This document shows, one piece after another, positions 17,963 to 26,812 of a stretch of DNA of 32,000 nucleotides. Where the stretch lies: positions 2,820,001 to 2,852,000 of the forward strand of contig NZ_LT549890.1 of the NCBI RefSeq assembly GCF_900079115.1, written 5' to 3'. Both the position numbers and the translations under genes were made by a program. The stretch's first letter is position 1; every line of letters starts with the position of its first letter. A model generated the notes under the pieces. It saw nothing but the letters and a program-made list of their open reading frames with translations, was not told where the DNA came from and searched no databases. This DNA comes from Saccharolobus solfataricus. Its GTDB lineage: Archaea > Thermoproteota > Thermoprotei_A > Sulfolobales > Sulfolobaceae.

Positions 17963-18950
17963 AAGCTTTCTTCACCTCATTTCTCCATTCCGGATACCTA
18001 ATGCACTTATAAAATCCAAACTTATCATACGCTACGATTTGAGGTGGGACTTCCTTACATGTGCTCGTAACAAAGGGACATCTTGAAGAAAAGACACAGC
18101 CTTTAGGATATCTTATAAAACCCTCAAAGTCACCAGGAATTCTAGGTAGTTTTTTCCCTCTAGATCTAACGGTAGGTACACTACTAAGCAGAAGATAGGT
18201 GTAGGGATGATAAGCTTCCTCCAATAACGTATTATACTTACCATACTCTACTATTTGCCCACCGTACATTACAGCTATGTAATCTGATATCTGGAAAAGC
18301 ATTGCTATATCATGACTTATAACTACCAGTGTTAGATCCTTTTCCTTCTGTATTTTCTTTAATAATTTGAGTATTTCATATTGCACCACTACGTCTAATC
18401 CAGTAGTTGGTTCGTCCATTATGAGTATTTTTGGATTTAATAGGAGTGAGATTGCAATTACAACCCTCTGTTTCATGCCTCCAGACAATTGGAAAGGGTA
18501 CATATCTAATACTTGCCTATCAGTTAACCCTACCTCTTCCAATGTGTTATACACAACGTCAATGTTGGCATAATAATCCATTCCTTTAGCCTTTAAGATA
18601 TCTGTAAAGGTCTCCTTAACCTTTCTGATTGGGTTTAGGGAGTTTTGCGCAGCTTGAGGAACGTAAGATATTACGCTTCCCCTTATTTTATTTAGCTCAT
18701 CTCTTGACATCGAGAGAATATCGTATTTGCTATCTACAATTATACTACCCCTCTCCACGTATAATGGGGGATTTACAAATCCCATTATCGTTGTTGCAAG
18801 AGTAGACTTTCCAGAACCTGACTCCCCTGCAACACCTATTATTTTACTTTCCGGGATGTCAATACTGACATTTCTTAGGACTTTTATTATACCGTAGTCC
18901 GATAAGTAACCTACGTTTAAGTTTTTTACCGATATTGAAATTTCGCTCAT
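17955..18950 (-). CDS. ABC transporter ATPase, DppD/OppD-type, with a Cys-rich C-terminal extension
   Basis: The Walker A is GESGSGKST, the signature LSGGMKQRV, the Walker B IMDEPTTGLD and the H-loop ISHDIA. The C-terminal motif is C-x5-C-x6-C-x17-C. An ATGA start/stop overlap links it to the permease gene. Confidence 0.9.
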   Translation of the reverse strand: MSEISISVKNLNVGYLSDYGIIKVLRNVSIDIPESKIIGVAGESGSGKSTLATTIMGFVNPPLYVERGSIIVDSKYDILSMSRDELNKIRGSVISYVPQAAQNSLNPIRKVKETFTDILKAKGMDYYANIDVVYNTLEEVGLTDRQVLDMYPFQLSGGMKQRVVIAISLLLNPKILIMDEPTTGLDVVVQYEILKLLKKIQKEKDLTLVVISHDIAMLFQISDYIAVMYGGQIVEYGKYNTLLEEAYHPYTYLLLSSVPTVRSRGKKLPRIPGDFEGFIRYPKGCVFSSRCPFVTSTCKEVPPQIVAYDKFGFYKCIRYPEWRNEVKKAYE

Positions 18951-19927
18951 CTAGTCATCACTTCCTCCTTCTCTTTTGTTTTTTCTATTTTCTTCATATA
19001 TTTCTTTACGTCCCATATCCTTAGCCTTGGATTCGCAACTCTATCAATCCCTATGTTTATTAAAGCGAACGAAAACGCTACTAAACCAATCATAAGCCCA
19101 GGAGGAATGTACCACCACCATAATCCTCTTAGATAAGCCTCCCCTCCTAAGGACCAATAAAGCATAGTTCCCCAATTTACTTGTGTTAGACTACCCAATC
19201 CAAAATAATAAATGAATGTAAAGCCAGCTATTCCATAAATTGCAGTAAAGAAGAAGTTTGACGCTATGAACGGTAGATTATTAGGTATAATTTGATTGAA
19301 AATTACACTTAATTTAGATTCTCCAATAAGATCAGAAGATAATATATACTCCCTTCTCCTTAACGATAATACTAAAGATCTCAAAACCCTAGCACCCCAT
19401 GCCCAACCAGTTAATGAAAGAGTAAGCAAAATTGTTATATACCCTAGTTTAAACTGTAATGCCCCTAGATATGCTCCTATTAATTCGATAATCAAAATAC
19501 CGGGTATTATTAAGAAAATCTGAGTTATTGCACTTAATATTCTATCAATTATCGTCTCTGCATATAATCCTGCGGTTACTCCTATGAGGATAGCTATTAG
19601 CGTACCTATTAAACCTACAGCAAAACCTACTCCAATTACTGGAAATCCACCTACTAAAAGTTGAGAAAAAATATCATGACCATAGTCATCTGTGCCTAAT
19701 AGGTGTTGAGGTGAGGGTGGTAGATCCCTAGGAAAGTTAGTCGCGCTTGGATTGTATGGAGTATAAAATACTCCTATTAAGGAAAATACTATTATCCCTA
19801 GTAGTATATAGAACCCAACTCTTGATACTCTTTGTTCCCACACACCTCTTATTAGATTATAAACCGGACCGTACTTATCTATTTTTAAATTAAAAGTATT
19901 TAACTTTCTGCTGGCCATCTTATACAC
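18947..19927 (-). CDS. ABC transporter permease, DppC/OppC-type
   Basis: A 326-aa multi-pass hydrophobic protein adjacent to the DppB-type permease. The start is either GTG 19927 (8-nt overlap) or ATG 19918 (MASRKLN...). Confidence 0.85.
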   Translation of the reverse strand: MYKMASRKLNTFNLKIDKYGPVYNLIRGVWEQRVSRVGFYILLGIIVFSLIGVFYTPYNPSATNFPRDLPPSPQHLLGTDDYGHDIFSQLLVGGFPVIGVGFAVGLIGTLIAILIGVTAGLYAETIIDRILSAITQIFLIIPGILIIELIGAYLGALQFKLGYITILLTLSLTGWAWGARVLRSLVLSLRRREYILSSDLIGESKLSVIFNQIIPNNLPFIASNFFFTAIYGIAGFTFIYYFGLGSLTQVNWGTMLYWSLGGEAYLRGLWWWYIPPGLMIGLVAFSFALINIGIDRVANPRLRIWDVKKYMKKIEKTKEKEEVMTR

Positions 19928-20948
19928 CCTCCGTCTCCTCTTGACTTGTCCTAGGATCTATTATTGTGTAAATTATGTCTGCGACGAAATTACTTAATAC
20001 CATCGCAGTAACTAACATGAAAAATATTCCGCTTAGTAACGGGTAATCCAAACCGGTAATGGCTTGATTAAAGAAGTAGCCTAAACCTGCATAGTTAAAT
20101 AAATACTCTATCGCAACAGCACCCAATACAGAGTATCCTAAGGAAATGGAGAAACTGGTAAAGTTAGGTAATAATGCTAACCTATAGGCCTTACTTGCAA
20201 CCATTTTTTCTGATACTCCCATTAACCTATAATAATTCATATAATCCTCTTGTAAAATGGGTATCATATTATTTCTCATTCCCATTATCCATCCTGCTAG
20301 GGAAAAGAGAATTAGTGTTAATGTGGGTAATATTGCATGATATATTACGGACCAAATAAAGGGCAAACTCATAGTAGGTTTGAGAAATTGAAAGGTATTA
20401 TATTGCCCACCCGTAGGGAATATGTGAAGATCAATTGCTAGTACTTCTATTAAAATCTCCCCAGTAACAAAAACAGGAAACGTATATAAAAACATCATGA
20501 GTCCCAATATGGCGTAGTCACTTATTTTACCTCTTGACAAAGCAGCCACTCTGCCAAGCAAATTACCTATGAAGAAAGAGGCTACAATAGCTGGTATTAC
20601 TATACCAAAAGTCCAAGGAGCAGCTTCAGTTATTATTGTGCTTACAGATACTGGAAATTCGGTAAGAGAAACACCGAAATTCAGTGTAACTATTTCTTTT
20701 AAGTAATTAAAATACTGAATATAAAGAGGTTGTTGATACTGAGCTAAACCTAATTGCTGAACAAGAATTTGAATCTCTTGTTGAACATTTTGCCCATAAT
20801 TGGATCCAGCTCCACCAATTCTACTATAAATTATGCTTGCCAATGCACTACCAGGTATTAGCCTAGGAAGGATAAAATCTATTGTAATTCCAACAAACCA
20901 AACTATGATGTAATATATACCCCTTTTGATCAAGAAATCTCGTCTCAC
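19920..20948 (-). CDS. ABC transporter permease, DppB/OppB-type
   Basis: A 342-aa multi-pass hydrophobic protein with a GTG start. It is the first gene of the minus-strand operon. A TTTATATA-type box lies at about 20981-20990 on the minus strand. Confidence 0.85.
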   Translation of the reverse strand: MRRDFLIKRGIYYIIVWFVGITIDFILPRLIPGSALASIIYSRIGGAGSNYGQNVQQEIQILVQQLGLAQYQQPLYIQYFNYLKEIVTLNFGVSLTEFPVSVSTIITEAAPWTFGIVIPAIVASFFIGNLLGRVAALSRGKISDYAILGLMMFLYTFPVFVTGEILIEVLAIDLHIFPTGGQYNTFQFLKPTMSLPFIWSVIYHAILPTLTLILFSLAGWIMGMRNNMIPILQEDYMNYYRLMGVSEKMVASKAYRLALLPNFTSFSISLGYSVLGAVAIEYLFNYAGLGYFFNQAITGLDYPLLSGIFFMLVTAMVLSNFVADIIYTIIDPRTSQEETEGV

Positions 20949-21536
20949 TAGAGACCCACTATTAGAATCTTTGAAATAGAGATATATAAATTATGAGTAT
21001 CAACAACAATTTTGTTAATTTAGAATAAATCATATAAAGTATTCATTTATTTTCAATTCTACATATGATTTGACTGTTGACGAAGAGAAGATGTCGCAAT
21101 TTCTAAATCCTTTCTCAAAAAATTTTGTTGCACAATTAAAGGATTTAACAAAATTGGTATTAGAGAAATTTAAACTAAGTTTCAAATAAATGAAATTGTT
21201 ATCCACACTTCATAAATATTATATGTAAAAAACTTAAACTACTAAAACAGTTCTAGATCTTTAAATGAGTATCTGCACAAGGGTTGTGATAAAAGAAGTG
21301 TTAAATCGTATTAAAAATTGAAAATAGTCTTTAGACTTAATGAAGTTCTATCTCTTTTTTCTCAGCATACCAAAAAAATAGCAACTTTTACTCGATAAGA
21401 CTAATCTCCTCGTTATGTATCCCTCTTAAGTTTGTTGATTTTCGTTACTAGTTAGATCATTTTTACTGCATGAAGCAGTTCCTTCCTAAGCGTGAAGACT
21501 ATATTATTTTTTATTTTAATATTTAACTCTCAATAC

Positions 21537-22607
21537 ATGTCAAAGAGAATTGGTGTAGCGGTTGTAGGTCTAGGCTCAATTGGTAAAACTCACGTAAAAG
21601 CATTAAAGGACTTAGAAAAGGAAACAGAATTCGTAAAACTAGTTGCGGTAGTGGATCAGATTAAGGCAATAGCAGAAAAAATAGGAAGTGAATACGGTAC
21701 ACCCTATTATACCACTATAGATGAAGTATTAAGAAACTCAGAGGTCGATGTCATAAGCATAGCAACCCCTTCCTATTTGCACGCACCCCAGGCTATTTTA
21801 GCAATTGAATATGGAAAACACGTAATAGTCGAAAAGCCAATGGCTACCACTCTAGCTGGAGCTAGAGAGATGGTAAGTAGGGCTGAGAGAAATGAGGTTA
21901 AACTAGGAGTAATATTCCAAGAGAGATATGCCCCTGACATAAGGAGGTTAAAGAACGATATCTTGAAAGAGCTTGGTAGAATATATTTGATAGAGTCAGA
22001 ATTGAAATGGTACCGTGATATGAAGGGATATTATAAGAGGGATGAGATAGCTAGGAGTTGGAGGGGCATGTGGAACACAGAAGGAGGTGGAGTTATGACA
22101 AATCAAGGTATACATACTATTGATTTAATGATATGGCTTAATGGTGAAGTGGAAGAGGTGTCTGGATTTGTTGACAATTTAACTCATGATGGAATCGAAG
22201 TCGAGGACACAGCAGTCGCGATTATGAGATACAAGAACGGAGCATTAGGTACTATTTCTCAAACAGTCTCAATGAAGCCCACTACTTACCAATACAGGAA
22301 GATTAGGGTAAATGGAAGTAATGGGTTTGTGGAAATTACTGACGGTAGTCTTAGTACAGTCGCAATTGAGGGTAAAATAGAGGAGTCAAAATCCAGTGTT
22401 GAATATAAGAAAGAAACGATAGCTCAGCCAGGTAATTTGCATAAGGAGTTGCTCAGAGATTTCTTAAGGGCTCTATCAGAGGATAATGATTTTCCGATAA
22501 ATGGAAAAGAGGGTATGAAAAGCTTAGAGGTGATAAAAGCCGTTTACCTTTCCTCAGTTAATAGACAAGTAGTGAAGTTACCTTTAGATGTTAGGATTGT
22601 AGTGTAA
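21537..22607 (+). CDS. Gfo/Idh/MocA family NAD(P)-dependent oxidoreductase
   Basis: The start is moved to ATG 21537 (MSKRIGVAVVGLGSIGKTH, Rossmann fold); the track start at 21492 is GTG inside an AT-rich promoter-like tract. The EKP motif is VIVEKPMA. Confidence 0.85.
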   Translation: MSKRIGVAVVGLGSIGKTHVKALKDLEKETEFVKLVAVVDQIKAIAEKIGSEYGTPYYTTIDEVLRNSEVDVISIATPSYLHAPQAILAIEYGKHVIVEKPMATTLAGAREMVSRAERNEVKLGVIFQERYAPDIRRLKNDILKELGRIYLIESELKWYRDMKGYYKRDEIARSWRGMWNTEGGGVMTNQGIHTIDLMIWLNGEVEEVSGFVDNLTHDGIEVEDTAVAIMRYKNGALGTISQTVSMKPTTYQYRKIRVNGSNGFVEITDGSLSTVAIEGKIEESKSSVEYKKETIAQPGNLHKELLRDFLRALSEDNDFPINGKEGMKSLEVIKAVYLSSVNRQVVKLPLDVRIVV

Positions 22608-22740
22608 CCATTTTATTATTCATACTTCCTAGCTGATTACGATTAAGAACTTTTTTTCGCATCTTTCCTTATTTTTTAAAAACTATTCTAGATCTCAAAA
22701 AAGTTGAACAGTGCTTACTACTCTTTAATAATTTTTTTGG

Positions 22741-22752
22741 TTAACTAGTTAA
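22741..22752. promoter_or_regulatory. Perfect 12-bp palindrome TTAACTAGTTAA, a candidate transcription-factor site
   Basis: It lies 7 nt upstream of the TTTAAATA box (22760-22767). An identical 12-mer at 29029-29040 occupies the equivalent position upstream of the MalE-like gene. Confidence 0.5.
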
Positions 22753-22759
22753 AGCTAAA

Positions 22760-22767
22760 TTTAAATA
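22760..22767 (+). promoter_or_regulatory. TATA box (TTTAAATA) for the gene starting at 22791
   Basis: It is a consensus-like Sulfolobus TATA centred about 27 nt upstream of ATG 22791, which implies a leaderless mRNA. Confidence 0.55.
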
Positions 22768-22790
22768 TCAAATACGTGTTCCTCTCATCT

Positions 22791-23489
22791 ATGAAACTCG
22801 GAATACAAAGTTATTCGCTTAGGAAATTAACTTATGAGAATGCTTTAAAGGTAATGTCTGAGTTAGGAATATCCTACGTTGAAGCGTTCCCAAGACACTT
22901 GCCTCCTTCTTCTAATAGTGTTAAGGATATAATCAATTTACATAAAGAAAACGGAGTCAAAGTTATCGCCCATGGGGTTAACCATCTTAAGAGCGATAAG
23001 AAAGAGTTGAGAAGTATCTTCGACTTCGCAAACAAGGTTGAAATTGAGGTAATAACTGCGGATCCAGATGAGGATTGCCTTAACTTGATGAGTGACCTAG
23101 TAAAGGAATACGACATTAAAGTTGCCATACATAATCATGGTCCCTATCATAGATGGGGGTCTTATAAGAAGATTTACGAGTTCACGAAAAACTTAGATTA
23201 TAGAGTTGGAATGTGTCTTGATCTAGCCCACTTATTTAGATATGGCGAGAATCCAATTGAGGCAGTAAATACACTAAGGGATAGAATTCACGACATTCAT
23301 GTAAAAGATGTAAATAATAAGGGAGAGGACGTAATAGTGGGTAGTGGAATTTTAGATGTGAAGGGAGTTATAGGCAAGGTAAAGGAGTTGAATCTAGACA
23401 TACCGCTAATGATAGAATATGAGCCAGAACCAGAAAACCCTCTTCCGGGAATAGTTAAGTCCTTGGAGTACGTGAAAAAACTACTCTAG
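22791..23489 (+). CDS. Xylose-isomerase-like TIM-barrel protein (sugar phosphate isomerase/epimerase superfamily)
   Basis: The start is moved to ATG 22791 ([12 protein letters not shown]); the track start is GTG 22776. The blocks are [20 protein letters not shown] and LMIEYE. Confidence 0.8.
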
Positions 23490-25562
23490 GTTAATCTTTC
23501 CCCTAATTTTTTGATTAATCTTAGCAACGTAAGTGTTTTGCATTGTCTTCTCTACTTGAATTTCCTTACTATCGTCAACTATTATCTTGCTCACTGGTTT
23601 CTCTGATGTGATAGTTAGCTTAGATACATAAATCTCCCTTGAAAACTTAATTTCATTACTTGAGGAGGTAATTTCAGCATTATCGTAACGCTTGAACGAG
23701 GTCTCACCGTAAACTATTAACTCGTCACCCTCCAACGGGATTATTGATCCTTCTCTCAAGTAAATTGGCAACTCATGAGTAGACTTAACAACACTCTTAC
23801 CGTTTATTATCTCGCCATTCCAGTAATTGTACCACTTACCTCTAGGTAATGTTACTAACCTACTCTCCTCTTTACTTACAATTGGAGCGTAAAGCAAATA
23901 CTTACCAACCATATACTCGTCTTCTATTCTATACATGTCGTCATCATCCTGGAATTCGTAAAATAGAGGTCTAATTACCGGATGTCCCTTCTCACTAGCC
24001 TCTAAAGCTAAGGAATAAATATAGGGTAAGAACTTATACCTCAACTCCACGATTTCCTTTACTTTCTCCTTATAGTAATCTGGCAGGAAAACTGGTTCCG
24101 TATCTATACCATCAGTTGCCTTGTGTGACCTATAGAAGGGGAAGAACAAGGCTAAAGCATAATATTTGACTAATAAATCCATAGAGTTGTCAATTTCCGC
24201 GAAGTTCCTGCCTTGAAATCCACCTATATCACAACCTACAAATGGTACACCAGAAATCGATAAGCCGAGAACCAATTGTAGTTGAAGCTTCAAATCATCC
24301 CATGAAGGGGTATTATCACCAGTCCAGATGAATGCGTATCTTTGTATTCCGGCATAACCGGCTCTACTCAAGATAAATATTTCATTCCTATGGCTTGTCC
24401 TAAACCCCTTAAACGTTGCCATAGCCTCATATAAAGGATAAGCATTTCTAACTTTTTCGTGTTTAACCCTCTTTCCCCTCAAGTAGTGAACTACGTTATC
24501 TGGAAAAGTGGTAACAAGTCTATCATCTCTGAACTGTACGGGTAACGAAGATAAAACGTCTCTGATCTCAATAGCCCTAGAGAAGTCAGTTGGTTCATTC
24601 ATGTCTAGCCAAATACCATCAACTCCTTGTGAAAGCCATTCGGAGATTAACCCAGCCCACCATTCTCTAGTATCCTCCCTGAAGAAGTCTGGATAGACAG
24701 TAGTACCAGGCCACATTTTACCTACGAATAGTTCACCACTTTCAATCTCACAGAATTTTCCCATTCCGGAAAGAAATGGTGAATAATTCTGATCAACCCT
24801 TATTCCGTGGTCAACTATTGTAATTAGCTTAACGTTTCTCTTGTGTAATTCGTCAATTAGCTTTTTAGGTTCTGGGAACCTATAAGGATGCCATGTAAAT
24901 AACTTATAGGAGTCCATGTAGTGTATATCTAAGAATACTCCAGCTACTCTAAAACCCTCCTTTTGCATTATATCTACTAACTCAACAACCTTATCCTGGG
25001 GGTAGTAAGAGTAGCGTGATATCATGTAACCGAAAGCCCACATGGGAGGTAGGAAAGGTTTTCCGGTAAGCTCCGTGTATTTCTCTAGAACGTCCTCAAT
25101 TCTTGGCCCTTCAATCACGTAAAACTCTACTGAGTCCTCTGGAATTGTAACAATTACTTTATCGTATTCCTCAAGTCCCACGTCGAAGATCACTTTAGAA
25201 GCTGAGTTGAAGAAGTAACCAGTTGCAACGCCGTCTTTCACTGATATAAATAAGGGTATACTAACGTAAAGTGGATCTTGATATTTCTTATAAGCCCCAG
25301 CGTCAACGTTATACATCACATACCTTTTCCTCTTTCTATCCAACTCAAACGCCTTCTCTCCCAATCCTATAATGTGCTCTTTCAAATCCAATGATTTCTC
25401 GACAATAACCTTGTTACCTTGTTGAACTATTGTTAAACCCAACTCTGATAAAGATTTATTCGATGATATCTTTTGCTCAAGTGGGAATTCTATGGGGGGA
25501 AATGGTTCTCCTATAACTACTTTGTAAACGCCTTTGTTCTCGTATATTTTTATTGTCTGCAT
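23481..25562 (-). CDS. malA: GH31 alpha-glucosidase (maltase) MalA
   Basis: The 693-aa product is recognisable as S. solfataricus MalA ([21 protein letters not shown]...). The GH31 nucleophile block is [10 protein letters not shown] and a second acid block lies around WTGDN. Confidence 0.95.
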
Positions 25563-25590
25563 CCCTTATCACCGTATACAATTCTCTTCA

Positions 25591-25599
25591 AAATATAAA
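25591..25599 (-). promoter_or_regulatory. Probable malA TATA box (minus-strand TTTATATTT)
   Basis: It is centred about 33 nt upstream of ATG 25562, consistent with a very short leader. Confidence 0.45.
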
Positions 25600-25608
25600 G
25601 CTTTCTTT

Positions 25609-25632
25609 ATCTAGTTTATCTAACAACTAGAT
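25609..25632. promoter_or_regulatory. Inverted repeat ATCTAGTT-N8-AACTAGAT upstream of the malA TATA
   Basis: The 8-bp arms are perfectly complementary. Each arm is one mismatch from AACTAGTT, the core of the 12-mer palindromes. The proximal arm is 9 nt from the TATA box. Confidence 0.45.
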
Positions 25633-25982
25633 TGTTATCCTTTTTTCGGATTATGACAATAACTAACTACATAACGTTAAGTTTAAACCAATTAGTATTT
25701 ATTGGAAAAGCGTTGAATTCGATAATTCCTATGAATACCTACCTTAATATTTGCTATTACTTAAAGATAAATAATAGATACTAACAATTTTAATATAAAA
25801 ACATTATTAGCTCAAACATAATTCTTTTAAAAACTATATAACCCTAGGATTTTACGTAAAATGCTAACCAATAACATGCATTCGAGACACACTTTTAACT
25901 AACTATGCTAATCCTTAATTAAAGAAGGTTTAACAAAATAGATTTATATACTAACCCTATATCATATCATAAATGATCTGTC

Positions 25983-26615
25983 TTGCGGTTAAGTAATGGA
26001 GACGTTATAGTGTTTGCTGGAGATAGTATAACCGATCGTGAGAAGTCAAACAACGCTCCTTTAGGGTATGGGTATGTCAATCTTTTTTATAATCTTATGT
26101 TGGCTAAACATCCAGAGACGAAAATTACTGTTATAAATTCTGGTATAAGTGGAAATACTGTAATCGACCTCATAGATAGATGGGACGATGATGTGCTAAG
26201 TTATAAACCTAATTGGATATCGATTTTAATTGGTATAAATGACCTCCATAAGTTTCTAGGTGGCTTAACGACATTTAACCCTGAAAACTACTATGAAAAC
26301 TTGAGACGTCTACTAAAATATACTAGAAAAGTGCTTAACAACGTGAATTTTATTTTAATGACCCCATTTTATATCAGTAGGAATAAACTTGAGGGTGGAT
26401 TTAGGGCTAAGGTGCTGGAACTATTACCTCAATATATAGAGAAAGTTAGATTACTATCTAACGAGTTCTCTGCAACTTATATTGACCTTCACGACACTTT
26501 TAAAAAACTAGTTAATATAAGGGAACCTAACGTCTACGCACCAGAACCAGTTCATCCAAATTTCACAGGGCACATGGTAATTGCCTTAAAGCTGCTTGAG
26601 GCATTGGAAATATGA
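25983..26615 (+). CDS. SGNH/GDSL-family hydrolase (esterase/deacetylase-like)
   Basis: Block I is FAGDSITD, block II GISGNT, block III GINDL and block V PVHPNFTGH. The start is TTG, with an in-frame tga just upstream and no in-frame ATG nearby. Confidence 0.75.
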   Translation: MRLSNGDVIVFAGDSITDREKSNNAPLGYGYVNLFYNLMLAKHPETKITVINSGISGNTVIDLIDRWDDDVLSYKPNWISILIGINDLHKFLGGLTTFNPENYYENLRRLLKYTRKVLNNVNFILMTPFYISRNKLEGGFRAKVLELLPQYIEKVRLLSNEFSATYIDLHDTFKKLVNIREPNVYAPEPVHPNFTGHMVIALKLLEALEI

Positions 26616-26812
26616 TTCATTTATAATACGAATTATATGAGATAAATTATTTTAAATCTCTTCAGTTATATTTGGAAGTTTCATTATAATGAGTTAACTA
26701 TTAATACTGGCTCTTAAAATAATTTATTAAAAAGATTCTTTGCAATTCCTACACTAGTTTCCTTGTATTTATATAAATGCAAAAAATAAAATACCTTATA
26801 TAATAGAGTTTA

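Noticed and set aside
21091-21189. A 32-aa ORF in the long spacer, considered as a real gene
   Set aside because: It is too short, with no motif and no convincing promoter or ribosome-binding context. It is mentioned only as a lead within the spacer finding.
25655-25786. A 43-aa ORF (MTITNYITLSLNQLVFIGKALNSIIPMNTYLNICYYLKINNRY) in the malA-SGNH spacer
   Set aside because: It is an AT-rich chance ORF with no supporting signals.
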